A DNA stretch of 64,000 nucleotides from an uncultured delta proteobacterium (GCA_963782535.1 CAWAKE010000009.1:246222-310221), one strand, 5' to 3'; numbered from the stretch's first letter, positions 1 through 10,455 are shown. Numbers and translations are program-made. Notes: a model not told the origin generated them from the letters alone.

Positions 1-46
1 CACGCCGAGCACTGCGCCCTCCGCTGTTCCCGCAACGTCCATAATC

Positions 47-1468
47 TCAGAAGTTGATCGCCTCGCCTTCGACCGCCAGCGCGGCCTCCATGATCGATTC
101 CGACATCGTCGGATGGGGATGGACGCTGTGGCCGAGTTCGGCCGTGGTCGTTTCCAGCGTGCGGCCGAGCACGACCTCGGAAATCAGATCGGTCGCATGA
201 TGGCCGATTATCTGGCATCCGATCACTTCGCTGAATTCCTTGGTCGCCACGATCTTGACGAAGCCTTCGACCTGGTTGATCGCGACCGCTTTGCCGTTGG
301 CGCGAAACGGAATCTTGCCGACCTTCACCTCGATCCCGCGTTCGCGCGCCTGCGCCTCGCTCAGCCCGACCAGCGCGACTTCCGGCTCGCAGTAAATACA
401 GCCGGGGATCGATAGCAGGTCGAAGCCGGGCTCGCGCACCCCCGCCATTATCTCTACCGCCGCGACGCCCTCGGCCGACGCCTTATGGGCCAGCAGGGGC
501 GGGCGCGCGACGTCGCCGATCGCATAGATACTCGGACAGGTGGTGCGAAACGAATCGTCGATCTTGATATAGCCGCCGCGGTCGCTTTCGATTCCGGCCG
601 TCTCGAGTCCCAGCTCGCGGCTGAGCGGATTTCGCCCGACCGCCACCAGCACCGCCTCGGCCTCGATCGTCTTGGACGCGCCGTCGGCCTCCAGCGCGAC
701 CGACCATCCGCCAGTACCCTTGCCCGCACGCGCCATCGATTTGAAGCCGTGGCCGGTCAGCACCTTGACTCCGCGTTTGACGAACGACCGGCGCAGCTCC
801 TCCGCGATTTCGGCGTCGAAGCCCGGCAGCATCTGCTTTTCCAGCTCCACGATCGTCACCTCGGCGCCGAAGGCCCGGTAAAAGTAGCCGAACTCCGCGC
901 CGATCGCGCCCGCGCCGATTATCGCCACCGATTTCGGCAGGCGGTCATGGATCAGCGCCTCGCGGCTGGTCATCACGCCGTCGCCCAGCGTCATTCCGGG
1001 AAACAGCTTCTCGCCCGAGCCGGTCGCGATCAGAATCCGCTCGGCTTCGAGGGTTTCGGCCGGGGGCGCGGGCTTTCCGGCTACCGGCCGCAGCGCCACC
1101 GAATTCGGTCCGGTAATCGCGCCTGCGGCCTCGATATAGTCGATTTTGTTTTTGCGCAGCAAAAAGCGCACGCCCTTCGAGAGCTTGTCGGCGGCCTCGC
1201 GGCTGCGTGCGATCACGCGCTTGAAGTCGAGCTTGATCTCGCCGACTTCAATTCCATGTTCCTTGCCGGCACCGCGAATCGCTGCCATAGTCTCGGCCGA
1301 ATTCAGCAGCGCCTTGGACGGGATACAGCCCCAGTTCAAGCACACGCCGCCCGGCAGATCGCGCTCGATCACGGCGACGCGCATTTTGAGCTGACTCGCG
1401 CGAATCGCGGCGACGTAGCCGCCCGGTCCCGATCCGATCACCAGCAGGTCGTAGCGTGAATTGGCCAA
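47..1468 (-). CDS. lpdA: dihydrolipoyl dehydrogenase (E3 component)
   Basis: 473 aa. N-terminal FAD-binding motif YDLLVIGSGPGGYVAA, redox-active disulfide GGVCLNWGCIPSKALL, NAD-binding GAGAIGAEFG and a C-terminal interface domain. Full-length pyridine-nucleotide disulfide oxidoreductase. Confidence 0.9.
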   Translation of the reverse strand: MANSRYDLLVIGSGPGGYVAAIRASQLKMRVAVIERDLPGGVCLNWGCIPSKALLNSAETMAAIRGAGKEHGIEVGEIKLDFKRVIARSREAADKLSKGVRFLLRKNKIDYIEAAGAITGPNSVALRPVAGKPAPPAETLEAERILIATGSGEKLFPGMTLGDGVMTSREALIHDRLPKSVAIIGAGAIGAEFGYFYRAFGAEVTIVELEKQMLPGFDAEIAEELRRSFVKRGVKVLTGHGFKSMARAGKGTGGWSVALEADGASKTIEAEAVLVAVGRNPLSRELGLETAGIESDRGGYIKIDDSFRTTCPSIYAIGDVARPPLLAHKASAEGVAAVEIMAGVREPGFDLLSIPGCIYCEPEVALVGLSEAQARERGIEVKVGKIPFRANGKAVAINQVEGFVKIVATKEFSEVIGCQIIGHHATDLISEVVLGRTLETTTAELGHSVHPHPTMSESIMEAALAVEGEAINF

Positions 1469-1797
1469 GTTTCACTCGCTCCTTCCGGTCACGTGCGCAT
1501 TTGCTTAAACACTACCGCAGCCACCGCCGGAAGATAAGCCGCCCCCCGAAGGCGCAAATTGTCGGCGGCCAAAAGCCCTTTTCACAGGGCGGAGCCCGCA
1601 TCTTCAGCAACGGGAAGTCTGAATCTCTGTCCTCCGAATCGCGCGCTGCGCGCTGTGCGCACGTCGCAGACTCCTTTGCTCGACTCCGCTGCGCTCCGTC
1701 TAGTGGTGAGGTTTCAGTTTCCTGAAAGAATCTAAAGTTCTGCGCTCTTCAACAACTGGTGTGCTCTCATACAGCTGCGCGCGCGTTGCGCTCCGGC

Positions 1798-2424
1798 TCA
1801 AAACAACTTGCGCTGCGCCGCTTCCTTCACCGGCGCGAAGGATCGCCGATGGATCGGGGTCGGCCCCAGCGCCGCCAGCGCCGCGAAATGGTCGGCCGTA
1901 CAGTAGCCCTTATGGCTTGCGAAGCCGTAGCCCGGATACTCGGCGTCGTACTCGACCATCATCCGGTCGCGCGTGACCTTCGCGATTATCGACGCCGCCG
2001 CGATACAGAAACTCTTGCGATCGCCGCCAACGATTTTAGTCTGCGGCAGTTTCAGATTCGGTATCAGACGGCCGTCCACCAGCACATGATCGGGCCGCCG
2101 CCCGAGCGCCGCCAGCGCCCGCTCGCTCGCCAGCATCGCGGCCCAGTACACGTTTAATTCATCGACTTCGCCCGCTCCCGCGATTCCCACGCCCAGCGCC
2201 AGCGCCTGCTCGCGAATCTGCGGAAACAGACCCTCGCGCTGCTGATGGGATAATTGCTTCGAGTCGTGGACGCCCTTGATAAAGTGTTCCGGCTCGAAGA
2301 TTACCGCGGCCGCCACCACCGGACCAGCCATCGGCCCGACCCCGGCCTCGTCCACCCCGGCGATCGACGCGAGGCCGGTCTTCCACAGGCGCCGCTCGTA
2401 GCGCAAATCCGGCCGTTTGCTCAT
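1798..2424 (-). CDS. rnhB: ribonuclease HII
   Basis: 208 aa. IAGVDEAGVGPMAGPVVAAAV catalytic DEAG motif and overall RNase HII architecture. Confidence 0.9.
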   Translation of the reverse strand: MSKRPDLRYERRLWKTGLASIAGVDEAGVGPMAGPVVAAAVIFEPEHFIKGVHDSKQLSHQQREGLFPQIREQALALGVGIAGAGEVDELNVYWAAMLASERALAALGRRPDHVLVDGRLIPNLKLPQTKIVGGDRKSFCIAAASIIAKVTRDRMMVEYDAEYPGYGFASHKGYCTADHFAALAALGPTPIHRRSFAPVKEAAQRKLF

Positions 2425-2738
2425 TTACCCGCTCGCCCCGCTATCCGTCGTCGCCGTCATCGTTCGCATCGGCTCGCATCGAATCGAAGAAACTCTAGGG
2501 CAGCCGATTTCTTTTGGCGCCGCCGCGCCCTTCCGTCTAAAAAGGAATATAATGCTAGATCGAGTCACGCACGCGGAAACTCGCCCGCACCCGCCCGGCA
2601 AGTCCGCGAATCGGGCAAGCCAGCTGACGAGCGAAAAATTATTTTACAAAACGAACCCATTTCCGCATTTTGCGAAACCGCTCCTCCGCGCCGCCCGATA
2701 GCGCCGCCGGCGGCGGGCCGCATGCGATTCGCCGCGCT

Positions 2739-3275
2739 TCAGGCCAGCCGTTTGAGCCGCGCCTGCCGCAGAATCTCGGCCACCCGCTCGGGATCGGGTA
2801 TGTCCAGCAGCCGGATCATGAAGTCCGCGCTCGCCGCCGACGCCACCCCGACGTTGCCCAGCCCCATAATCCGCTGCATCAGGCTGCGATTAACCTCGAT
2901 CGAGCGCACGTCGGCCAGCTCCATCTCGCGCCGCCGGCTTGAGAGCAGGCCGCGCCGCTCGATCAGCCGATCCGACGTCAGACTCCAACTCGTGTAGCGC
3001 CGCGCCAGATGGACCAGAGCCAGTACCGACACCGCCATCGCAATCAGCAACAGGCCCGCTTGCCGGTTCCCATGGGGTGCGAGAATCTGGAAGAGGCCGA
3101 CGGCGAAAATTATCGCCACCAGTATCAGCCCGCGCAGAAAATGCCACCACGAAGGCAGGATTCGCGTGAGCGCGTACTCATGTTTGGTCTCGGGCCGCGG
3201 CGTCATCAGGCGCGCGCCGCAACGCGAGCAGAAGGCGGCGTTGGCGACCGCCTCGAATCCGCATTGGGGGCATCT
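2739..3275 (-). CDS. zinc-ribbon plus bacterial PH-domain (YdbS/YdbT-like) membrane protein
   Basis: The track ORF runs to 3491, but its first ~70 aa (DHDAHDAHAQDD...) are low-complexity. The internal ATG at 3275 gives MRCPQCGFEAV..CSRCGARL (a CxxC..CxxC zinc ribbon), two TM helices, then a PH-like domain. Confidence 0.5.
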   Translation of the reverse strand, partial: RCPQCGFEAVANAAFCSRCGARLMTPRPETKHEYALTRILPSWWHFLRGLILVAIIFAVGLFQILAPHGNRQAGLLLIAMAVSVLALVHLARRYTSWSLTSDRLIERRGLLSSRRREMELADVRSIEVNRSLMQRIMGLGNVGVASAASADFMIRLLDIPDPERVAEILRQARLKRLA

Positions 3276-3559
3276 CATAAGCGCTGGTTCCCTGTTGATG
3301 CCGCCTCGAGTCGTTCCCGAGGCAAAGCCGTGGCGATTATGGAGCAGCGTCCGTACATGGTCAATTCCAGCCGCATCCGCGCCTGCCCGCGTATCATCGC
3401 GAGCGGCGGGTTGGTCATCTTGAGCGTGTGCATCGTGCGCATCATGATCGACCGTGCCCTCGATCCCACGCTCGATTACATACTTGATCACGTCCGCATC
3501 GGTTGCTCATCAGGCCGAGCGCTGGCCAAATCCGGCGCCTTCATGGTAGTTGTCGCGGC

Positions 3560-4402
3560 ATGAAATTCGGACTGTTCGGCATCAATATGGGTCCCTGTGC
3601 GATTCCGGCGACCGCCGCCGCAGCCGCCCGCGCCGCCGAAGCCGCCGGCTTCGAGAGTGTATGGACGGGCGAGCATATCGTATTGCCCGAACCGCAGGCG
3701 CCGCCCTCGCCAGTGCCCGCAATCACCCCCTTCATCGATACCACCGTCGCCCTGGGCTTCATCGCCGCCCATACCACGAAGCTGCGCCTCGGCACCGGAA
3801 TTATCATCCTGCCCCAGCGCAATCCGGTGGTGCTGGCCAAGGAACTGGCCTCGGTCGACGTCCTTTCGAACGGGCGCCTCACCTTCGGCATCGGGATCGG
3901 CTACCTCAAGGCCGAATTCGACGCAATCGGCGCGCCCTTCGATCACAAGGGACCCCGCACAGAGGAGTTCCTCGCCGCCATGATCGCACTGTGGTCGATG
4001 GAAAAGCCGGAATATCGCGGCCGCTTCGTCTCCTTCGGCGGGGTCAACGCGATGCCCCGTCCGGTTCAGAAGCCGCATCCGGAAATCGTCTTCGGCGGCA
4101 ATACCACGGACGCGTACGGCCGCGCGGCGCGGCTGGCTCAGGGATGGTTCGGGTTTGCGCTCGACGTTGACGCCACGGTCAAGAGTATCGAAGGGCTGCG
4201 CGCGGCCTGCAAGGCGGCCGGACGGCGCTTCGAAGACCTCGAAATCAGCGTCACTCCGCGCGGCAAGGTCGATCGCGACGGCGCCAAACGCTTTGCCGAG
4301 GCCGGCGTCCATCGCCTGATCCTGCTCCACCGGGCCAACGACGAGCGCGGCCTGATGGACTTCATCGGCGAGACCGGTCGCGAGCTGATAGGCAAGGTCT
4401 GA
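3560..4402 (+). CDS. LLM-class F420/flavin-dependent oxidoreductase
   Basis: MKFGLFGINMGP start (typical luciferase-like TIM barrel); SVWTGEHIVLP..LGTGIIILPQRNPVVLAKELASVDVLSNGRLTFGIGIGY. The track ORF starts earlier at 3503. The ATG at 3560 fits the conserved N-terminus. Confidence 0.8.
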   Translation: MKFGLFGINMGPCAIPATAAAAARAAEAAGFESVWTGEHIVLPEPQAPPSPVPAITPFIDTTVALGFIAAHTTKLRLGTGIIILPQRNPVVLAKELASVDVLSNGRLTFGIGIGYLKAEFDAIGAPFDHKGPRTEEFLAAMIALWSMEKPEYRGRFVSFGGVNAMPRPVQKPHPEIVFGGNTTDAYGRAARLAQGWFGFALDVDATVKSIEGLRAACKAAGRRFEDLEISVTPRGKVDRDGAKRFAEAGVHRLILLHRANDERGLMDFIGETGRELIGKV

Positions 4403-5019
4403 TTGCCCAAACCCCGCGCCGCCGCCGAACTCATTTCGAGGCCGCGGCGTGTGCCGATGCGGCACCAACGCATCGCCGATGTTGCGCCGATGCGTCATCT
4501 GTCGCTGATCCAAACCGCCGGCCCTCAAATCGAGTGAATTGGCCGGCGCGGCCCCGGCGCGGGTCGAGCATCGGGATAGCGGCAGACGAAGCCGCCGGAC
4601 AAGTTGCGATCGATCTGAATCAGCATCGCCCGATCTCGTCAAATCCAATGTCGATGGGGCTCGGTCATGAAAGTAAGAATTACAAATTACCGTCCGATTG
4701 TCGCAAAATAGGATACTCTAGCGACACTGAGCAGAAGTTAGGTAACCGACGAAGATTGTAGTGAATCTGCAATTCCGGACGCTTAATCATTGCAAGGTTG
4801 AAACGAGAGGTGACCAATCCTGCACAGCCACGGCGAGCATCTTCAGGCCACAATAGTGGCGAATGGCAAATTCTTGGCGCTGAATTAATGGCAATTTTGA
4901 ACGCTACCGCCCAGATATGCTCAATGCGGGGGACTTATGAGTTCCGGCACGTCAATTGCGTAGAGAAGGGCATAGTCCATCAGTGGGCGTCCAAGGAAAG
5001 CAGGGAGGTCGTTCGCCAA

Positions 5020-5223
5020 ATGAAAACAGACAACAGCCGGGTAATGACCGTCAAGGAATTGTCCGACTACCTCAAAGTTCACCCTTCGACGGTTTATCGT
5101 CAACTCAAGCGCGGACAGTTGCCGGCGTTCAAGGTCGGTAGCGACTGGCGCTTTAACGTCGAGTCGATCGACCGCTGGCGCCTCGAGCAGGACAGCTTCG
5201 GCGCCCTCGGCGAGAATTCCTGA
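5020..5223 (+). CDS. excisionase-family helix-turn-helix DNA-binding protein (HTH_17-like)
   Basis: MTVKELSDYLKVHPSTVYRQLKRGQLPAFKVGSDWRFNVESIDRW is a textbook excisionase/MerR-like HTH. AGGGAGG sits 8 nt upstream of the ATG at 5020. The longer track ORF (from 4798) runs through an AT-rich non-coding-looking stretch. Confidence 0.6.
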   Translation: MKTDNSRVMTVKELSDYLKVHPSTVYRQLKRGQLPAFKVGSDWRFNVESIDRWRLEQDSFGALGENS

Positions 5224-5256
5224 TTTACACCCCCGTCCCGCAGGGAGGGTGACGCC

Positions 5257-7230
5257 TTAGCTGGGGCCTTCGGCGGTTTGTGAAACCGGCCCAAGGTAAT
5301 CCAGAGTGAGCCAGCCCCGGATCGGCTCGACCCGGGCGATCCGCACCACGATGCGAGACTGGCTCGCGAGGTTGGGAGCGCCATGCAGGCTTCCGCGGAC
5401 GGCGTAGGCGTCGAGCTCGGCGCTTGCGCCGTCGCGTAAAGCAACCGCCTGGAGCGGGCGTCCGAGTGCGTTGAGCTCGAGGTAGCGCAGGATCCAGTAG
5501 CGTTTGGCGCGGCGCTCAAGGTCTTTGCCTTCGGCCTCGGCGGCTTCGGCGGTCGCCAGCACGGTCAGGAGTTGATCGGCCTGATAGGCGACGCACGGCG
5601 GGTCAGCGAGTGCGGCCAGGATCTGGCGTTGCAACACGAGGTCCATATAGCGCCGAATCGGCGAACTCAATTGCGCGTAGTAGTCGAGTCCGACGCCCGC
5701 GTGAAACTCCGGATGTAACGACAGTCGCGGCCGTGGTGTCGCGAATTCCCCGCCCACGGTGGGCTGTACCCGATAGATGATCGGCACACGATGGTCGGCG
5801 GCCCAGCGGGCTGCGGCATAGTTGCTCAAGACCATCAGTTCCGCCACCAATTGCCGGCTCGGTGATGTCGAGTCGATCAAGCTCAACTCGATTTCGCCGT
5901 CCTCGCGAACTTTGATTTTGGGCTCGCGCCGATGCACCAACAGGGCGCCGGCTGCCCGCCGCCGCTCACGCAGTTTGAGCGCCGCTTCGTTCATCCGCCG
6001 CAATGCCGAGGCTTGGGCGTCGTTGGAATCGCCGGCCAGGATCGCGTCGCAAGCCTCATAGTTGAGACGCGCGGCGATCCTGATGCGCGAAGGGTAAATC
6101 GAATAGCTGGCGATATCTCCTACGGCCGAAAGCCGGACGTCGGTGGTCAGGACGTGGCGCTCCTTACCCGCGATCAGGCTGGCTGCGTCGCATGCGATCC
6201 GATCGGGCAGCATCCTGATAGTTGCTTCCGGCAGATAGACCGTGGTCGCCCGCGCCGCGGCTTCCTGATCCATGGCCCCGGACATCGCGACGAAATCGGC
6301 CACCAGCGCGATATGGACGCGTACCCGCATGCCGCCGTCGGCGAGCGGTTCGCATGAAAGCGCATCGTCAACTTCGAGGGTATCGTCGTCGTCGATGGTA
6401 ACGGCGGCGGTATCGTCACCGGCGCTTCGCAGCGGGGCAACGGCGCGCTCCGCCTCGTCGAGGGCGGCAGCGGAGAAGCTGGTTCTGATGCCGCCGATCT
6501 TCACGAAACGCGGGCCCGGCGACGGCGCCCCCAGGCGTTCGAGGATTTCGTAGGCCGCTTCGGCCGGCGCGATGTCGGACACCGCCGCCTCGATCATGGC
6601 GGTCAGGTCGCGGCTGCGGGTGAATGGATTGTCGAGATAACGGCGCAGTTCGGCGATTAGCGGATCGGCCTCTTCGGGCGGCAGTACGAGGCCGTCTTCG
6701 AGAACTCCGCGAAGGAGGTTGCGGGTATGGCGGCTGGCTTCGCTGCGCAGGCGCACCTTGTCGTACTGAACCCGCAGGCGCTCGACCTGTTCGGCGCTGC
6801 GGGCGACGAACTCCAGATGGCGGCGAACGAAATAGAGGCGGTCGTTGAATAGCGCCTCGAGCATCACGGAAGTCGCGCTCGCCGACCGCTGGCCGAAGAA
6901 CAGTTCGGCCAACTCGCCGGCAGTAAAGCTCCGACCCTGCTCGCGCACTACCTCCCAGAGCAGGTTGAGATCCAACTCCGCCGCCAGGCGCGCGCGTTCG
7001 GCCTCGAGCGCCGTGACCGCGGCGGCGAGATTGTCGCGGGTGATTTTGCGATCCGGATGCCGCAGCATCACGAGGTCGCGCGCGATCGACCGTTCGCGGC
7101 CGCCGGCTTCGGTCACGGCCAACTGATTGCCCTGCTCACGCACGACCAAGGCGGGCTTCAGGCGGCCTTCGTCGAGGAACTCGACCAGCGCCCCCAGATA
7201 CTTTACATTCGACTCCACGGTAGGGTTCAT
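5257..7230 (-). CDS. RNB-domain 3'-5' exoribonuclease (RNase II/R family)
   Basis: 657 aa with a central RNB catalytic domain (..VDDALS.., HFGLGLDYYAQLSSPIRRYMDLVLQRQ-like motifs: LSLHPEFHAGVGLDYYAQLSSPIRRYMDLV). Confidence 0.8.
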   Translation of the reverse strand: MNPTVESNVKYLGALVEFLDEGRLKPALVVREQGNQLAVTEAGGRERSIARDLVMLRHPDRKITRDNLAAAVTALEAERARLAAELDLNLLWEVVREQGRSFTAGELAELFFGQRSASATSVMLEALFNDRLYFVRRHLEFVARSAEQVERLRVQYDKVRLRSEASRHTRNLLRGVLEDGLVLPPEEADPLIAELRRYLDNPFTRSRDLTAMIEAAVSDIAPAEAAYEILERLGAPSPGPRFVKIGGIRTSFSAAALDEAERAVAPLRSAGDDTAAVTIDDDDTLEVDDALSCEPLADGGMRVRVHIALVADFVAMSGAMDQEAAARATTVYLPEATIRMLPDRIACDAASLIAGKERHVLTTDVRLSAVGDIASYSIYPSRIRIAARLNYEACDAILAGDSNDAQASALRRMNEAALKLRERRRAAGALLVHRREPKIKVREDGEIELSLIDSTSPSRQLVAELMVLSNYAAARWAADHRVPIIYRVQPTVGGEFATPRPRLSLHPEFHAGVGLDYYAQLSSPIRRYMDLVLQRQILAALADPPCVAYQADQLLTVLATAEAAEAEGKDLERRAKRYWILRYLELNALGRPLQAVALRDGASAELDAYAVRGSLHGAPNLASQSRIVVRIARVEPIRGWLTLDYLGPVSQTAEGPS

Positions 7231-7287
7231 TTTGACCTGCGACGGAGCGCAAGACTATATGGATCGAGCGCAACTGCGGAAACCCCG

Positions 7288-7509
7288 ATGCCAGGCATAA
7301 GAATCGTATTGGAACTGTCAGAAGAGTTGGGCGACGAACTCGTGCGAATTACCGACGCGTTCGAGATCGCAGACGTCAACCAGGCGGCATTGATCGCGCT
7401 GTCCGACTGGATCGCGCGTCGCCGGTCGGAACTCGACGAAGGCGATCCCGAACAGCGCTATTTCATTAATGAGGCACTCGACCAACTGGTTGCAGGCAAG
7501 AAGGACTAG
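7288..7509 (+). CDS. hypothetical small acidic protein
   Basis: 73-aa ORF (MPGIRIVLELSEELGDELVRITDAFEIADV...) downstream of and divergent from the RNB gene. No recognisable domain. The track ORF (from 7057) overlaps the RNB gene, so only the distal part is plausible. Confidence 0.3.
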   Translation: MPGIRIVLELSEELGDELVRITDAFEIADVNQAALIALSDWIARRRSELDEGDPEQRYFINEALDQLVAGKKD

Positions 7510-7524
7510 ACGTCGCGTCGCAGG

Positions 7525-8232
7525 TCAATTGAGCGGCCGTTCGATCACTTCAGTGTCGCCAGTCTCGCCGTTCACCAGCAACATCTGAATACGTTTGTAA
7601 TCGCCCTTGGGAAAGAAGACGTAGCCGCTGACGGTGAAGTCGTGCCGCACATTTTGTGCGGGCAGTGCGAGGGCGGTGAGTTGGGTGCGGGCCTGGGCGT
7701 CGGCCTTGGCTGGTCCGGCAGTGGCGCCGTGGAGCGCGCCGGTCCCCGCGCCGATCGCACCGCCGAGCGCCGCACCGGTCGCCCCGCTGTGCAGCAGCGA
7801 TCCGGCGACGGCACCGATGCCAGTCCCGATCGCGCCTTCGACCAGACCGCTCGCGCCGGCGCTGAGCAATGCAGCGCGGAGTTCGCCGGCACCGCCCGCT
7901 TCGCGCGCCGCCTCGGCCGGCGGTAACGGGGCGATGCGGCTATCGGCCTCGTTCAAAGCGAAGATCTGGCTGGGCACGACCGCGCGCGGCGTGTCAGTAC
8001 CGTTGGCGATCGAAACGTAAACCGGCAATACATCGCCGATTGGCCTGCCCGGCGCCGAACTTATAGTCAATTGACCGCTGACCGGTGTGGCGACGACGTG
8101 GGGCACGTCCTTGAGCGGCGCAGGCGCGATCGCACAACCGCATGGAAAAAGCGTGAAGCCGACGACGATAGCGATCGCGAGCGAGCTGTTGCGTCGCACC
8201 GATATGAGGGTCGGCTCGGAAGGCGTCTTCAT
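7525..8232 (-). CDS. glycine-zipper lipoprotein (SlyB/Pcp-like)
   Basis: Internal start MKTPSEPTLISVRRNSSLAIAIVVGFTLFPCGC gives a signal peptide plus a lipobox-like cysteine. C-terminal Gly-zipper run GAIGTGIGAVAGSLLHSGATGAALGGAIGAGTGALHG. Confidence 0.5.
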   Translation of the reverse strand: MKTPSEPTLISVRRNSSLAIAIVVGFTLFPCGCAIAPAPLKDVPHVVATPVSGQLTISSAPGRPIGDVLPVYVSIANGTDTPRAVVPSQIFALNEADSRIAPLPPAEAAREAGGAGELRAALLSAGASGLVEGAIGTGIGAVAGSLLHSGATGAALGGAIGAGTGALHGATAGPAKADAQARTQLTALALPAQNVRHDFTVSGYVFFPKGDYKRIQMLLVNGETGDTEVIERPLN

Positions 8233-8561
8233 GGGGTCCTCCGCGTGATGGAGTCCTCTGCGTGCTGTATCGATAGCCTCAATTGATGCGCGTGGGGCTG
8301 GGTTAAGCAAGTCCCTGGCGGATATTGGCAAGAATGGGCGATGGCGAGCGGCTGGGAGGTTTGCTGCCGTAACCATTAGGGTGGCCGCGCGTCTGTAGGG
8401 AACGTCTCGCCGAAAGGCGGTGAGATTGGCATCGCCATTGCTCTATTGCTTGAGGCGATTAGAAAATCAGGGATTTTGGGTAACTTTTGGGCGACTCCGA
8501 TGTACCAAATCGTGCAGATAGCGCAGATGGGTTTTCTTCCGTCCAGCGCCGTGGGGTCTGA

Positions 8562-9710
8562 ATGAGCGAGAAATCCGAGCGCGACTTGCGCCTCGACTTC
8601 TGTCGCGGCCTCGCGCTAATCGTCATATTCATCGATCACGTGCCGGGTAACCCGCTCGCTGATTGGACGCTGCACAACTTTTCATTTTGTGACGCGGCCG
8701 AAATCTTCGTCCTGATCTCCGGAATAGCGGCATATCTGGCCTACGGATCGCGGCTGTCCCGCGTCGGTTTTGGGGCATGCGCTAAGGCGGCCGGTCGCAA
8801 TTGCTTGAGAATATACGTGACCCATCTGATGCTGATTGCGGTAATTGCCGGATCCATGATCTGGGTCGCCAGCCAATTCCCCGCGACCGACTACATTGCC
8901 TCGCTGAAGCTGCAATGGTTTGTGGAAGATCCCAAGCGCGCAATCTGGGCCGCGATGACGCTGTCTTACCTGCCGCGCTTGATGGATATTCTGCCGATGT
9001 ATATTCTATTTTTGATTTTCGCGCCGGTGTTGATCGTGTTGGTCAAGCGCGACTATCGGATAGCGTTACTGGTGTCGGCGGTAGTCTATGCGTTGACGTG
9101 GGGATTCAGCTGGAATTTGAGCGCCGGTCCGCCTGAGCGCCATTGGTACTTCGACCCGTTCGCCTGGCAGTTCCTCTATACCGTCGGCATCACGGTGAGC
9201 CATTTGAGCCGCAACCAACCGGACACGCTGCCGTGGCGGCGCGGGTGGCTGTGGGCGGCGATCGCATTTCTGGCCGTCACCGCGATCATAACGTGGCCGC
9301 TAAACGAGATGGGGATGACGGAGCTGGCGCCGCTTTCATACATCTGGCCGGCCAATAAAACCTTCCTTGCTCCGCTCCGCGTGCTCAACGTGCTGGCGCT
9401 GCTGTATGTCTTTGCTTACTGCGTTTCGCCGCGGGCGCCATGGCTTAAAAGGCGCCTCGCCGGGCTCTGCATCTCCTGCGGACGCCATTCGCTGACGGTC
9501 TATGGATTTGGCATGGTGCTGAGCTGTGTCGGCTATGTTGCGATCGAGGAGACGGCGTCCAAAGGGGCGATGAAATTTGCCGTGAACGTGATCGGCATCG
9601 CGATCCTGGTGCTGACCGCCGTGCTACTCGACCGCCGCAACGGGTTCAAGCGCGAGGCGCTTCGCGTGCCAGCGTTAGGGATGCCGACGAAGAGCAGCGC
9701 TGTCGCCTAG
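8562..9710 (+). CDS. OpgC-domain integral membrane protein (acyl/succinyl-transferase family 3-like)
   Basis: LDFCRGLALIVIFIDHVPGN opening typical of OpgC, ~10 predicted TM segments, 382 aa. Confidence 0.7.
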   Translation: MSEKSERDLRLDFCRGLALIVIFIDHVPGNPLADWTLHNFSFCDAAEIFVLISGIAAYLAYGSRLSRVGFGACAKAAGRNCLRIYVTHLMLIAVIAGSMIWVASQFPATDYIASLKLQWFVEDPKRAIWAAMTLSYLPRLMDILPMYILFLIFAPVLIVLVKRDYRIALLVSAVVYALTWGFSWNLSAGPPERHWYFDPFAWQFLYTVGITVSHLSRNQPDTLPWRRGWLWAAIAFLAVTAIITWPLNEMGMTELAPLSYIWPANKTFLAPLRVLNVLALLYVFAYCVSPRAPWLKRRLAGLCISCGRHSLTVYGFGMVLSCVGYVAIEETASKGAMKFAVNVIGIAILVLTAVLLDRRNGFKREALRVPALGMPTKSSAVA

Positions 9711-10187
9711 GCGGCGGCTGAAAAAAGTCCTTTAACGTCTGCGCCCTCGTGCTTGTCTTTTCCGATACCGGAGAGAAGTTCGAGCAAGCTGCCGTTGTCC
9801 ATGCAGGTTCTCGAAAGCGACGCCTGACCGATCGTCTAGTCGCATTTTTGCGGATTCTCGACACTCTGCCGGGGAAGCAACAGCGGGCACGGCGGATCGG
9901 TGCAACCTCAGTTCCGTTCCAGAGTCCCGTTCCAGCGAGGTTGTCGGCCGCTCGTGCGCGGGTGCCGGTGAATTGAAATTCAGCGGGCAGCTGTTTTCAG
10001 CGAGTGGCCCCTGCGCTTGTCCGCGGTCCCCCGATCATCCGGCAACGCAAGCATGGGCAATGACGTAGTGCATGCTGCTCAACCGATTGTAGGCGGATAC
10101 TTTAGCCGCTGGCGCCAACTCTCTCATCGGGGCATCGCGATGGGCTATTGTGCGGGCGCGAGCAGCACCATAAAAATCTGGAATCGT

Positions 10188-10272
10188 GCCGGGGTGGTGA
10201 AATGGCAGACACAGAGGACTTAAAATCCTCTGGAGCGTAAGCTCCGTGCGGGTTCGAGTCCCGCCCCCGGCA
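10188..10272 (+). tRNA. tRNA-Leu (anticodon TAA)
   Basis: GCCGGGG acceptor stem pairs with CCCCGGC, discriminator A, D-loop GGTGAAATGGCAGAC. Anticodon stem GAGGA/TCCTC with loop CTTAAAA (anticodon TAA), long variable arm TGGAGCGTAAGCTCCGT. T-arm GCGGGTTCGAGTCCCGC. CCA not encoded. Confidence 0.85.
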
Positions 10273-10455
10273 TTCGAAATCGAGATATTTTTCTTCGTAG
10301 AAGCGGTTAAACAAGGCGACGATTGAGCGGCTGACAGGGATGCTTGGTACCCGTCGGCCTGCGTAAACGCTGATGCTCTGATCCAGTGGGCGAAGAGTAT
10401 GCTCGCGGATTAAGGTGCTTCGAGAATCACGTCTATCTTGTCGGCTCGCTAATGC

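Noticed and set aside
485-1459. 324-aa + strand ORF inside lpdA
   Set aside because: It is antisense to a well-supported lpdA gene and has the Arg/Ala-rich composition of a high-GC shadow ORF.
2739-3491. Full 250-aa track ORF for the PH-domain protein
   Set aside because: The first ~70 residues are His/Asp/Ala low complexity read through the divergent promoter region. The zinc-ribbon start at 3275 is the more credible N-terminus.
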